From assembly GCA_963770935.1 (NCBI GenBank), contig CAVYRJ010000008.1, forward strand, positions 239,816 to 303,815: a stretch of DNA of 64,000 bases, written 5' to 3'. A program made the translations under genes and the position numbers. Below, piece after piece: positions 42,494 through 51,464 of this stretch. Source of the stretch: Candidatus Bathyarchaeota archaeon (GTDB taxonomy: Archaea > Thermoproteota > Bathyarchaeia > Bathyarchaeales > Bathycorpusculaceae). Positions within the stretch are counted from its first letter, which is position 1. Each line of letters opens with the position of its first letter. The notes under the pieces were generated by a model. That model saw only the letters and a list, made by a program, of their open reading frames with translations. It was not told the DNA's origin and searched no databases.

Positions 42494-43270
42494 CTAAATA
42501 TTTTCTAAATTAAAAGCACGTTCATCAGCCACCGAACCAATAATCTGCTCCGCAAACGCCTCTTGTTCTTCTTCACCTGTGACAGCAATCCAGCATGCGC
42601 CTTCTGCACCACAAACGCCGCCAGCAGCAATTAACTCCACATCAGCGGCTGTTAAAGCCTTCAAGGCGTCCAATTCAGTGAACACTTCTCCGACAATAGG
42701 CAGCAAACGGTATCCACCTGCACCTGGCGCATTTAGTTTCTCTGCTAGGGTGTATAAATCGCACGCTTACGCGTTTTTCCAAACCCACGGGTATTATGAG
42801 TCTTACTCGACGTCCCACAATGGCGGGCAAAGCTAAACCTATTGTTCCACCTTTGGGGTGACCAATCAAAATAGCCGCTTGCCTACGAGTTAAATCCAGT
42901 GCGTTTGCTCCTTTCAAGATAACATCGCCTTCCTTGAGGTCGTCAATTACATCGGCGATTGTTTTTCCTTTCTGAAAAACACCTTTAGTTATGACAACGT
43001 CGCCTGGGAACTTGCTCTCGTCGGAGAGTCTTCCTTCAGCGTTACTGCTTTGTTGGGAGGCATGGTTATGCCGCGGAAGAAGTGCTTTCTTGAGAAATCG
43101 TTTGCTATATTGTGGGTTCTCAGGATTTCTTCAGCTACGTAACCATTCGTTGTTCCAGCAATAATTACAAGAGTCCCTTTTTTCAATACTTTAATTATGG
43201 CTGGATGATTTGCTATTGTTCGTGCGATTAATCGTTTACCTGTCGAGGGTGTTATAAGAAACTGTTTCAT
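42494..43270 (-). CDS. Conserved hypothetical protein (split by indels)
   Basis: [44 protein letters not shown] over three ORFs. Confidence 0.7.
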
Positions 43271-43402
43271 TTGAGCACCTTCTCCAGCTTCATTAATCGT
43301 TAAGGGCAATAAAAGTTTTAACCATAAATTTATTTAATTTTAAAAAAACACATGTCTCCCAAAGGTTGAATAGCGCAGATTTAAAAGCAAGCAAACCTTA
43401 CA

Positions 43403-43696
43403 ATGGAAGGTTTAATGGTGAGTATTTTGTCCCAAAAAGTTCAAGGAAGAATTACTAATTACCGCACTGGAATTAGAGAACAAACATCAAACGAGTGTTT
43501 AATAGAATTTGAAAATGTAACTTCAGCGGGCCTAGCAAGCAAGCTAGTAGGGCAAAAAGTTGCTTGGAAAAATGGAAAAACTAAGCTTATTGGTAAAATC
43601 AGGGGTCCACACGGCAAGAATGGCATGGTTAGAGTCAGGTTTACGCGTGGAGTTCCAGGTCAAGCAATTGGTTCAATTGTTGAACTGATAAGCTAA
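43403..43696 (+). CDS. rpl35ae: 50S ribosomal protein L35Ae (eL33)
   Basis: NYRTG, GKIRGPHGKNG.VRVRF..GVPGQAIG. Confidence 0.92.
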   Translation: MEGLMVSILSQKVQGRITNYRTGIREQTSNECLIEFENVTSAGLASKLVGQKVAWKNGKTKLIGKIRGPHGKNGMVRVRFTRGVPGQAIGSIVELIS

Positions 43697-43739
43697 ATAA
43701 TTTTTTTTAAAAAATAATGAAAATTTTGTAAAAACTGTT

Positions 43740-43910
43740 TTATAATTCGCCTACGTCCGGGCCTTCATAGACGTATTCGATTATTTCGGTTTTTCCATCT
43801 TTAACTATTACTTGGTAGTCGGCTTCGCAAATTGGGCAAGCAACTATTTCGCCATCTTTTAGTCCATCGCGTTTGAAGGTGTTTCCGCATTCAGTGCATT
43901 TTAGAATAAT
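43740..43910 (-). CDS. LysW-like zinc-ribbon protein (not in ORF track; apparent ATT start)
   Basis: IILKCTECGNTFKRDGLKDGEIVACPICEADYQVIVKDGKTEIIEYVYEGPDVGEL; GGAGG RBS overlapping the aIF-1A stop. Confidence 0.72.
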   Translation of the reverse strand: MILKCTECGNTFKRDGLKDGEIVACPICEADYQVIVKDGKTEIIEYVYEGPDVGEL

Positions 43911-43924
43911 GACTTAATAGCCTC

Positions 43925-44233
43925 CTACTCCATTTTGAGGTAGTTGTGGCTTCGGAGCCAATCGGATTGGTTTTTGCGGTAACGCCAGAAAATGTCTCCT
44001 CGTGTGTCAGATTGGAAATCCCATGGTGACACCAAAACAATGTCTCCTTCTCTTATCCAAACTCGCCTTTTTAGTTTGCCGCGAACTCTACACATTCGTT
44101 CCTTGCCATCTTGGCATTTAACTGTAATTCTTTCTGCGCCAAGCATCTTGACAGCTACGCCTAATACGTCGTTTGAGGAAGGTAAAACCATGCTGTCGAG
44201 ACTGCCCTCGTTTGTAATTTTTCTTTTACCCAT
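43925..44233 (-). CDS. eif1a: Translation initiation factor aIF-1A
   Basis: MLGAER, CRVRGKLKRRVWIREGD.V.VSPWDFQ..RGDI.WRY; GGTGA RBS before ATG at 44233. Confidence 0.95.
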   Translation of the reverse strand: MGKRKITNEGSLDSMVLPSSNDVLGVAVKMLGAERITVKCQDGKERMCRVRGKLKRRVWIREGDIVLVSPWDFQSDTRGDIFWRYRKNQSDWLRSHNYLKME

Positions 44234-44602
44234 TTTATCACCCATTTTGGCTTGCGCCAATTATAATCAGAATAGTTTTGAGAAAAAGCGTATTGTCGGT
44301 CTAACTCTTCCTCTTAAGAATTCTAACCATTATTATTAAGGAAAACAGCAGGTATATTAGCATAGCTTACGTTTGGAGTTTTTTTTCCATAAGTTTTGGG
44401 TATTTTTTAAATATATTTTATATTATTGACTTGATTTTAAAAAATCGGCTTGAAATTTAAATCATTTTTCAAAATAGGCTTTTTTTATCTATTCCTTTAT
44501 AAGTACGAAACTACATTGATGGGTGAAGAGTTTCTTTTATCCTCTTGGATAATCTGATTGAGTAACGGATCCTTTTCAAAAAAACAAATGAGGTAAACAC
44601 CT

Positions 44603-44737
44603 TTGTGTATGTTAAGAGCAGGTTTAGTTAAAAATTGCCGCAGATGCAAGTCATCCGTCAGGCTAAATTGCGTCCTAAGAAAGAAATCCGGAAAGAAAGA
44701 TTACACTGACAATAAGAAACGAACTGGCTCAGACTAA
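44603..44737 (+). CDS. Small basic Cys-rich protein (44 aa, not in ORF track)
   Basis: TTTATAAG TATA at 44496, GAGGT RBS, TTG; MCMLRAGLVKNCRRCKSSVRLNCVLRKKSGKKDYTDNKKRTGSD; hairpin and T tract after stop. Confidence 0.55.
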   Translation: MCMLRAGLVKNCRRCKSSVRLNCVLRKKSGKKDYTDNKKRTGSD

Positions 44738-44757
44738 AAATCCGCGGCGCAAAAAAT

Positions 44758-44795
44758 AACGAGTTTTGACTCGTTCCTAAATTTTATTTTATTCA
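44758..44795 (+). terminator. Hairpin plus oligo-T terminator
   Basis: AACGAGT-TTTG-ACTCGTT followed by TTTTATTTTT. Confidence 0.5.
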
Positions 44796-44917
44796 TTAAT
44801 TTTTGCAATTATATTATTTTCATAATCGCTATCTTGTGTCGTGGAATCAATTGCTTAGAAATAATTAAAAATAAAAAAGAAAATAGTTAAAGATTGTAAA
44901 GATGCTTAGCTATACGC

Positions 44918-45058
44918 TTAGTATCTTCGTGGTGGTCTACGTTTTGAGTAGCACTCTCGGCAGTAAACTGGCCTTGTACCGTCTGGCTTGAAAGGAACTT
45001 CACATTCTTTTCCGCAGTCAGCGCAAGTTGCCTTGTGCATCTCTTTGTTATTATACAT
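44918..45058 (-). CDS. CxxC-x17-CxxC zinc-ribbon protein (46 aa, not in ORF track)
   Basis: MYNNKEMHKATCADCGKECEVPFKPDGTRPVYCRECYSKRRPPRRY; GGAG RBS. Confidence 0.9.
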   Translation of the reverse strand: MYNNKEMHKATCADCGKECEVPFKPDGTRPVYCRECYSKRRPPRRY

Positions 45059-45085
45059 TCGCTATTTCAACTCCTACTACTTTGG

Positions 45086-45142
45086 CTGTGCAAAAGGTCT
45101 CTTTTACACAGTATCATCTAACTAATCATCGATGCTTATAAA
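45086..45142 (-). promoter_or_regulatory. TATA box and 5'-UTR hairpin of the 44918-45058 gene
   Basis: TTTATAAG (45142-45135), then CTGTGTAAAAG-AGAC-CTTTTGCACAG 11-bp stem with one G-U pair. Confidence 0.6.
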
Positions 45143-45410
45143 TTGAATGCTTTGCCGAATTTGATTAACCATCGAATTCACAAGGGAGCAGCTTATTCTT
45201 TAACAAGAGTACTGTGCTTTGATGGTGCCGACACAATATGAAAACGGGCTAAAGCCAAAATTTGGGTAAACATTATTTTTTATCGTCAACCTAATATAGT
45301 TAACATTGCATTATTAGGTAAATATTCGGGGTAATAGAGAAAAAGTATGAAACGGCATCTCTACAGTTTCTTTTTCTCGGAACTTTGACTAATAATTTGA
45401 GAGGGGTAAT

Positions 45411-46067
45411 TTGAGACAGAAAAAATCAACATTAGGCGAGCATCTTGCGCTTCTTTCGGTAAAATACAACATTTACCCTAACGAAGTTTTTCAAGCATTA
45501 ATCACCGCAAGAAACAATGAGAAAGCGGTCTGCGGCAACCTAACAGTAGAATACCGCGGCAAAGTAAAAGGTGAAACAATTTTCCTTATAACAAAAGATA
45601 GCGCCGTTGTTGCTCAATTCCGTGTTGGTGAAGAGTTCCTTCTAAGAAAAGATAATCCCTTCGAAAGTTGGATGAGCACTGATAAGATTCGCAAGAAAAT
45701 CGCAAAACAAAACACCGAATCAATCTACACATCCATTCACGACTTAAGGGCAGGCATGAAACGGGTCAACTTGAAAGCGGAAGTTATTGAAATTCCTAAA
45801 CCAGCTCAGGTTCACACACAATTCGGTAACACAGTCATGGTAGTCAATGCATTGGTTGGGGATGACACTGGAAAAACTAAACTCTGCCTCTGGGAAGGAC
45901 AAATCGGCGCAATCGCTGTTGGAAACAACATCGAGTTAAAAAATGCACAGGTGTGCGTTTTTCGGGGCGAGAGGCAACTGCGGCTTGGGAAGAACGGTGT
46001 TCTTAACGTTTTGTCAAGCTCTCCCGATGTTGTAAAACAACAGTTGGCTGCCGCAACAGTTAGATAA
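45411..46067 (+). CDS. SSB/RPA-like OB-fold protein with N-terminal extension
   Basis: IHDLRAGMKRVNLKAEV..VGDDTGKTKLCLW..FRGERQLRLG resembles the crenarchaeal SSB OB fold. Confidence 0.8.
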   Translation: MRQKKSTLGEHLALLSVKYNIYPNEVFQALITARNNEKAVCGNLTVEYRGKVKGETIFLITKDSAVVAQFRVGEEFLLRKDNPFESWMSTDKIRKKIAKQNTESIYTSIHDLRAGMKRVNLKAEVIEIPKPAQVHTQFGNTVMVVNALVGDDTGKTKLCLWEGQIGAIAVGNNIELKNAQVCVFRGERQLRLGKNGVLNVLSSSPDVVKQQLAAATVR

Positions 46068-46108
46068 AGAGTTCTTTTTTAAAAAAAACCTAAATTTTAT
46101 TTTTAAAA

Positions 46109-46318
46109 CTATTTCCAGTCGGTTCTTCGTCTGGACCATGCCTGGCTTCCGTTAGAATCAGAACTTGACCCTTTATGTTCGGTTCCTCTTGGGGTACTAT
46201 GTTTAGCTAGACATTCTCTACAATAAACGGGTTTACCTGCTGTTGGTTTAAAGGGAACAGTGGCGGCTTTGCCGCAGTCACTGCATTTAATTTCGGTTAC
46301 ATTTGATCTTTGGGACAT
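46109..46318 (-). CDS. CxxC-x17-CxxC zinc-ribbon protein
   Basis: CSDCGKAATVPFKPTAGKPVYCREC. Confidence 0.88.
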   Translation of the reverse strand: MSQRSNVTEIKCSDCGKAATVPFKPTAGKPVYCRECLAKHSTPRGTEHKGSSSDSNGSQAWSRRRTDWK

Positions 46319-46644
46319 TAAATTACTCCATACTATGTGAAAATTCGGGAAAAGTTTCCTTATTTTTCGAGTATTTAAAAGTGGAAGGTTGACTTAAACG
46401 TTTCCATAATTCTGCATGCTCCTGTATTACGGATAGGAAATTTTGCTTTTGCCTTCCATAAGCGACCGTGTAAATTCTACTGATTGTTGTTTGGAAGAGA
46501 AAATCTAAAACAGCGAGTTGAGTTAAAGCCTGGAATAACCGCCTAAAACAGGTTTTTTCCAAGTTTTTATCGCCGTTTTAGGAAGACAGTTTTTATAGAT
46601 GTATGAAGTATTTGGTTGGACAAGAGAAGAGGGAAAACAGTTAA

Positions 46645-47301
46645 TTGACGCTTATAGTTGATGACGCTGGCAGCGGAGATTTGCTTCACGGAGTTGTAGT
46701 CGGCGCATACCATGAAGAAACAGGCGAATTCAAATATGACCTAATCGACGTCAGATTCTACCAAGACATCTTCCGCGAAAAAGAATATTTGCAAGAATCC
46801 TCACGTGTCGTCTCCAAACTTGTCTCCCGCTTCAACCTAAAGCCCGACGAAGCCATCCACATTTGCCAAGGCTGCATTTTCGACGTTGCCGCAGAAGAAC
46901 TCCAGAAAGTTTACGGCGAAGATCGCGTGAAACGGATAAGAGTTATCGGAGAAGCTCAAAGGCTTGTAGAAATCGCTTATTTGGACGAAATACGCAACTT
47001 GGGCTACGAACCCCTCGCTGAACGGGAAGAAAAAAGAGGCAAAAGCTTCTTCCACATGATGCGATGGCTAAAAGACAACCCAGAAATGCTACGTTACGCC
47101 AAGACAGGGTGGCCACGCCTAAAAAACTACCAGATGTTCAAACAGTACCACTCGCTACAAGCCTTCAACGCTATATGTAGCGAATGCGGAACCGAATGCG
47201 AAGTCCCATTTAAACCCAAAGCAGACAAACCGGTGTATTGCCGAAAATGCTGGTCAAATCATAAACCTGTTCACGGAAAAGGAAAAGCAATAAAACATTA
47301 A
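46645..47301 (+). CDS. RNase HII-like fold protein fused to a CxxC-x17-CxxC zinc ribbon
   Basis: N-terminal IVDDAGSG..GVVVG (cf. GIDEAGRG..GP.VV); C-terminal CSECGTECEVPFKPKADKPVYCRKC. Confidence 0.7.
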   Translation: MTLIVDDAGSGDLLHGVVVGAYHEETGEFKYDLIDVRFYQDIFREKEYLQESSRVVSKLVSRFNLKPDEAIHICQGCIFDVAAEELQKVYGEDRVKRIRVIGEAQRLVEIAYLDEIRNLGYEPLAEREEKRGKSFFHMMRWLKDNPEMLRYAKTGWPRLKNYQMFKQYHSLQAFNAICSECGTECEVPFKPKADKPVYCRKCWSNHKPVHGKGKAIKH

Positions 47302-47317
47302 ACTTGATTGGTGAAAA

Positions 47318-47638
47318 TTGACAATGAATGTAATATTTGATTTTAACTCAAACTGGTATATACTCTTATTCGCCTTCTTAGGAGCATGGGCAGTTCTGCT
47401 GGTTGTTCGCCGCAAATGGATAGCAACACACGAAGTCAAACAACAAATTTTCCTAGCGTTTGGCGGGATGATTTCGCTGGCACTTATGGAGTTCTTCGCA
47501 GTATCCACCGGACTTTGGAATTATACTCCAGGCAACTGGCCTGTGATTTTATGGCCCACTTACTTCGCGGCCATACTTTTCGGCTATCAACTACTTAGAT
47601 CAATCGAAAGCCTAATCCCACACAGACCAGTCATCTAA
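47318..47638 (+). CDS. Small membrane protein
   Basis: Three hydrophobic helices; EFFAVSTGLWNY. Confidence 0.65.
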   Translation: MTMNVIFDFNSNWYILLFAFLGAWAVLLVVRRKWIATHEVKQQIFLAFGGMISLALMEFFAVSTGLWNYTPGNWPVILWPTYFAAILFGYQLLRSIESLIPHRPVI

Positions 47639-47903
47639 ATTTATTTTAACCCAGTTAAAACAAATGAATTAAAGTTGGCATTGAAAATTGAAGACGACTC
47701 GAATCAGCTTTACTACTCAAGACCTGAATAAAAAGTGCTAATTGTCACAGACCTAACTGACTGAGTTTAAATGTTTGCTCGGATGGGATTATTCAGCAAT
47801 TTTCAAGAATCAGCATAGATGAGCTTATCGAAAGAACCGGGAAAGACTATAAGATGGCTGAGCAAAACCACTAATAATCTTAGCGCTTAAATACGGATTA
47901 CCA

Positions 47904-48420
47904 ATGAATACAGTGAGCCTGTTTTGGTTGAGCTCTAACAGCAAGCAAATTGTCTGGTATGGAAAACCCTAGATTGTTCCAGCAGCCCCCATCCGAACCA
48001 CCATAATAATCGCGGTTGCAGTAATTATTTTATGGCTTGAACTTTTCTCTGGGGTAGCGTCAAAAGGTTTATTCTGGTTGGCCGGTTTGGGGTTGGACAT
48101 TACTTGCATTTGCTAAGATTTGGCTAATTGGAATACTTGACCTTCTTATTTTCCGATTAGCCTATACCTACATCCTACGCAAGACGACTTAGAAGTCAAA
48201 TGTGGTATCCTACTACAATCCTTTATTGTCGCACCTGCAGGATTCTGCGACTTGCTATTCTACCAATCCATCGGCAGCAGAATATTCGACTACTGCAACT
48301 TGTTGGTTAACTCGCAAGGGGAGCGCAAAACCCAGATCAACTTGTCCACTCACCCAAGAAAGTGGCGGATACTATGCGGGACATCATGGGCAAACCAGTC
48401 GTCCGCACTAGTCAATGTTT
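47904..48420 (+). pseudogene. Degraded membrane protein with bacterial PH (bPH_2)-like domain
   Basis: WYGKP*IVP, TM segment, LEVKCGIL..QSIGSRIFDY.NL.VNSQGE; internal TAG and several frameshifts. Confidence 0.5.
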
Positions 48421-48762
48421 AGAAAGTACCGTTTCGATTTTACGCTTGAGCTCAAAAAAGGAAACGTTAGCGCATGTATATACATGCATATTACATAGCC
48501 TTATAAGCAGATTTCGCCGATGCACAAAGCCCCAATGGAGGCGAAAAAAAAGTGTTGAGTAGAGACTGCGACGGCTGCACCCTTCTGCACATGTGTAGTG
48601 AAAGGTACAGGCGTGTTGGCAAAGATGAAAAAGTTTACTGTCCAGACGGAACAGCTCACCTAGTAGACCAAAACTAAGTCCTATTTTTTCTAAATTTTTT
48701 GTTGTTTTTTGGGGCAAAATAGAAATGCAAGCAACCCACAATTACGCCTTATTGGTGATTGA

Positions 48763-49293
48763 ATGGACAAAGCCGAGTTTTTGTTGTGGAGCCGCAAATA
48801 CGACAAGGCGTTTGGTTGGCAGGCGCAGCGGGAGCGGGAACTCGGCAGCAAATTCCGTAAAAACAAGGCATTAACCTGCAAGGATTTGGCTTCAATTGTC
48901 GAGTGGAAGTTTAAGGATGACGCCGAGAAGAAGACGCGAAGTCTAGAGCTTGTTGCCCACAATGATGAGGCAAACGTTAACAGGTTATCCAGCCAAGCAC
49001 TAAGTATCCCCGGCTGCGAAGACAGCTACCGAATGAGTTGCCTCACTCTTCTGGAAGGCATAAGCCCGGTCCTTGCCAGCATCATCCTCACATTCTTTGA
49101 TCCTAAACAATATTGTATCCTTGACCAACACACTTGGAAAGCTCTTCTTGGCAACATCCCGCCCAACATGCAAACCACACTAAATTACCTTAAACTCCTC
49201 GCCGTCATCAGAAAATCCGCAGCCAAACAAAACCTCGATGTAAGAGTAATCGACAAAGCTCTTTTCAAGAAAGGAATAGATGAATCCAACTAA
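48763..49293 (+). CDS. Hypothetical protein, helix-hairpin-helix glycosylase-like
   Basis: VEWKF, LEGISPVLASIIL..DP..Y.ILD, DKALF. Confidence 0.6.
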   Translation: MDKAEFLLWSRKYDKAFGWQAQRERELGSKFRKNKALTCKDLASIVEWKFKDDAEKKTRSLELVAHNDEANVNRLSSQALSIPGCEDSYRMSCLTLLEGISPVLASIILTFFDPKQYCILDQHTWKALLGNIPPNMQTTLNYLKLLAVIRKSAAKQNLDVRVIDKALFKKGIDESN

Positions 49294-49916
49294 TTGGTCA
49301 AGTTTTTGGTGACCTTTTTTAATCTTGCAATTTGTGAGGAGTTCATTTCTATTTTTCTGCTTTCGAGGATATTTAGGAATGCTTGCTTGTTTTCTGAATC
49401 TATAGCAGGCAGGATGCTTTCAGCGTGAATGGGCACATCGCGTGGAAGGCACTTCTTGAGTTGTGAGATGAGGAAGGGAAAGATTTTTTGCCCATAGTTT
49501 TTGTCTGCGGCTGCAACTTTGGCAAGGGCTTTTGTGCCCCAAACAAGGGTGATTAAGGTGCCCTTATTCATGGCAACGGTGACATCTCCTATTTTGGCGT
49601 AGATTTCGTTTGGTTTTTTGTCTGCGATGGTTGCGAGGGCTATCATGGCGCCCCAGACCATTCGGTTATTCTTGCTTTTTAGCAGGGTTAGAAAGTCCTG
49701 TATGTAGTCGGTTATGAGGTCTGGTTTTAGGTAGCCGATTTCGTAGAGGACTTTTAGGCAGTCGCTTTGGATGTTTTGGTTTTTGTTCTGCAGATTTTCG
49801 GCAATTTCCTTTATGCCTGCGATGTTTTCTGTTTGGGCAAGCTCTTTGGCAAGCTGTTGGTTTGGTACTTCATCGCGTCGGTTCTGGAAAAAAGCAATCT
49901 TATCTAACACAGACAT
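49290..49916 (-). CDS. Conserved helical-repeat (HEAT/ARM-like) protein
   Basis: RRDEVPNQQLA, SDCLKVLYEIG, NNRMVWGAM. Confidence 0.65.
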   Translation of the reverse strand: MSVLDKIAFFQNRRDEVPNQQLAKELAQTENIAGIKEIAENLQNKNQNIQSDCLKVLYEIGYLKPDLITDYIQDFLTLLKSKNNRMVWGAMIALATIADKKPNEIYAKIGDVTVAMNKGTLITLVWGTKALAKVAAADKNYGQKIFPFLISQLKKCLPRDVPIHAESILPAIDSENKQAFLNILESRKIEMNSSQIARLKKVTKNLTN

Positions 49917-50145
49917 ACCTAATTTAACCTGATTAGAGCATTACTGTTAGGCGGATATAAGTTATTATCAACGGCAAATTGAAGGTAAAGAGGGCAGTAA
50001 CGTTTCTCAAAAGGGTTCACTTGTCTTCAATGAGGATTGGTTGGGGGTCTGTATCAGTCTGTTCTATTTGATGTTTTAGATTTTGGTTGGAAAGCCTTTA
50101 AAAGCATGACACGTGTCATATAATATGTTTGAGGAACAAACAACC

Positions 50146-50955
50146 ATGAAACTCAAATCTATTGTTACATTCGCAATAATAACAATACTTCTAACAACCA
50201 TCGCAACAACAACAGCCACCGCCACCAGCACCCTCAAAGTAACCAGCCTATCAGGCGAGACCTACACCTTCACTGAACAACAACTCAAAGAAATGCCACA
50301 AACCACCATATCTGCCGTACTCTACTGCTACGGGACCCTCGTAACCAGCGGAGCTTGGAGCGGAGTCCAAGTTTACTATCTACTAACACAAACAAACGTT
50401 AACTCTGAAGTTCATTCAATCCAACTCTTAGCCTCAGACGGCTATACAGTCACCTTACCCATCGAATTAGCCATGGGACCAAACACAATTATTGCTTACC
50501 AAAAAGACGACGAACCACTAGATGGACTAAGACTGGTCCTTCCATCATATAATGGCGCATCCTGGATTAACCAAATCATCAGTATAAACATGAGCGGCAT
50601 TGAGGCCCGTACACCGGCAACTGAGACAGAATCATGGTTAAGCGGTAATGCAGTATTAAACATGAATCAAAATAGACAGCCATCTCCAACGCCAACTTCT
50701 ACCCCCAAGCCCGTACAGCCCACAACCACACCCACTCCCACCAACACCCCATCTAATCCAACTTCTCCGCCGGCAAACACAAACGAGACTAACCAATACC
50801 CCCAACAACAAAACATACTTAACCAATCAATAGGATTAGACTTCGGCATCATAGCTGTGGTAGCAACCATTTTCACACTCGGTTTATCAATTGCAATAAT
50901 CTTAACCCATAGCAAAAATAGACTGAAAGACAACACACATGCAACAAAGAATTAG
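50146..50955 (+). CDS. Secreted, C-terminally anchored molybdopterin-oxidoreductase-domain protein
   Basis: Signal peptide; LYC..WSGV..ASDGY..IAY..LRLVLP..W (sulfite-oxidase fold); Pro/Thr linker; TM tail. Confidence 0.72.
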   Translation: MKLKSIVTFAIITILLTTIATTTATATSTLKVTSLSGETYTFTEQQLKEMPQTTISAVLYCYGTLVTSGAWSGVQVYYLLTQTNVNSEVHSIQLLASDGYTVTLPIELAMGPNTIIAYQKDDEPLDGLRLVLPSYNGASWINQIISINMSGIEARTPATETESWLSGNAVLNMNQNRQPSPTPTSTPKPVQPTTTPTPTNTPSNPTSPPANTNETNQYPQQQNILNQSIGLDFGIIAVVATIFTLGLSIAIILTHSKNRLKDNTHATKN

Positions 50956-51086
50956 GGACTCTCTTGCTCACATCGCCAAAGCACTCTACAAAAAAGGAAA
51001 CAAAATACTAACGCATAAACATCTATCTCAACCTTCAACACCTAAATCCCTCTTAAAACGACTTCCTTCAAAAACCGAATGAAGTA

Positions 51087-51403
51087 GCGGTGGACCACTG
51101 CGGTTTGACGCCTAGACTCCGTCTGAAGCCTCTAAACCCTACACTCTTACCCGCACCCCCTTGAGCGCATAACGTCCAAACTTAGGTTGCTCTCTCCCGA
51201 GCCTAGCCAGGTTCGCCTGGTAGACAACGAAGTAACTTCCCTACGGAAGCCACCCATTGACCGCCAGCCCCAAAGGACGGATAGTCACTGGTTCGGAAAT
51301 GGAAGTTCAAGCGGCCTTTGACGCCTCATCCGCAGATGTCAGCCCGTCATGTAGAGGATTTACGGTACAATGGACCCCTAACCCACCGCTTAAGATCCAC
51401 CGC
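51087..51403 (-). ncRNA. ffs: Archaeal signal recognition particle (7S) RNA
   Basis: 5' GCGGTGGATC pairs with 3' GGTCCACCGC; helix 8 TAGG-CTC-GGGA-GAG-AGCA; helix 6 GCTTCC-GTAG-GGAAGT; BRE/TATA upstream. Confidence 0.9.
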
Positions 51404-51426
51404 CGCACATAGATGGATTAATCGGA

Positions 51427-51440
51427 CTTTAAAACTTTCC
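51427..51440 (-). promoter_or_regulatory. BRE-TATA promoter of SRP RNA
   Basis: GGAAAG-TTTTAAAG about 25 nt upstream of the RNA 5' end. Confidence 0.65.
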
Positions 51441-51464
51441 CAGTGGTGGCAGGATTGTTTCAGG

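Noticed and set aside
3821-43270. Many split genes (helicase, DUF1638, cbiB, rhomboid, ribK, methyltransferase, MBL, flavodoxin, rad50, 42494-43270) as programmed frameshifts or mass pseudogenisation
   Set aside because: Single-base indels, often at short homopolymers, hit core genes whose sequences are otherwise intact; typical of unpolished long-read assembly
46323-46562. 79-aa minus-strand ORF upstream of the second zinc-ribbon gene
   Set aside because: Overlaps that gene's TATA box and RBS; no recognisable features
50680-50790. ACA/CCA-rich repeats (also 32400-32440)
   Set aside because: Encode Pro/Thr linkers; not DNA repeat elements
51087-51403. GC-rich structured non-coding block as a novel RNA or trp-related element
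   Set aside because: Helix 1 pairing and helix 6/8 motifs identify ordinary archaeal SRP RNA
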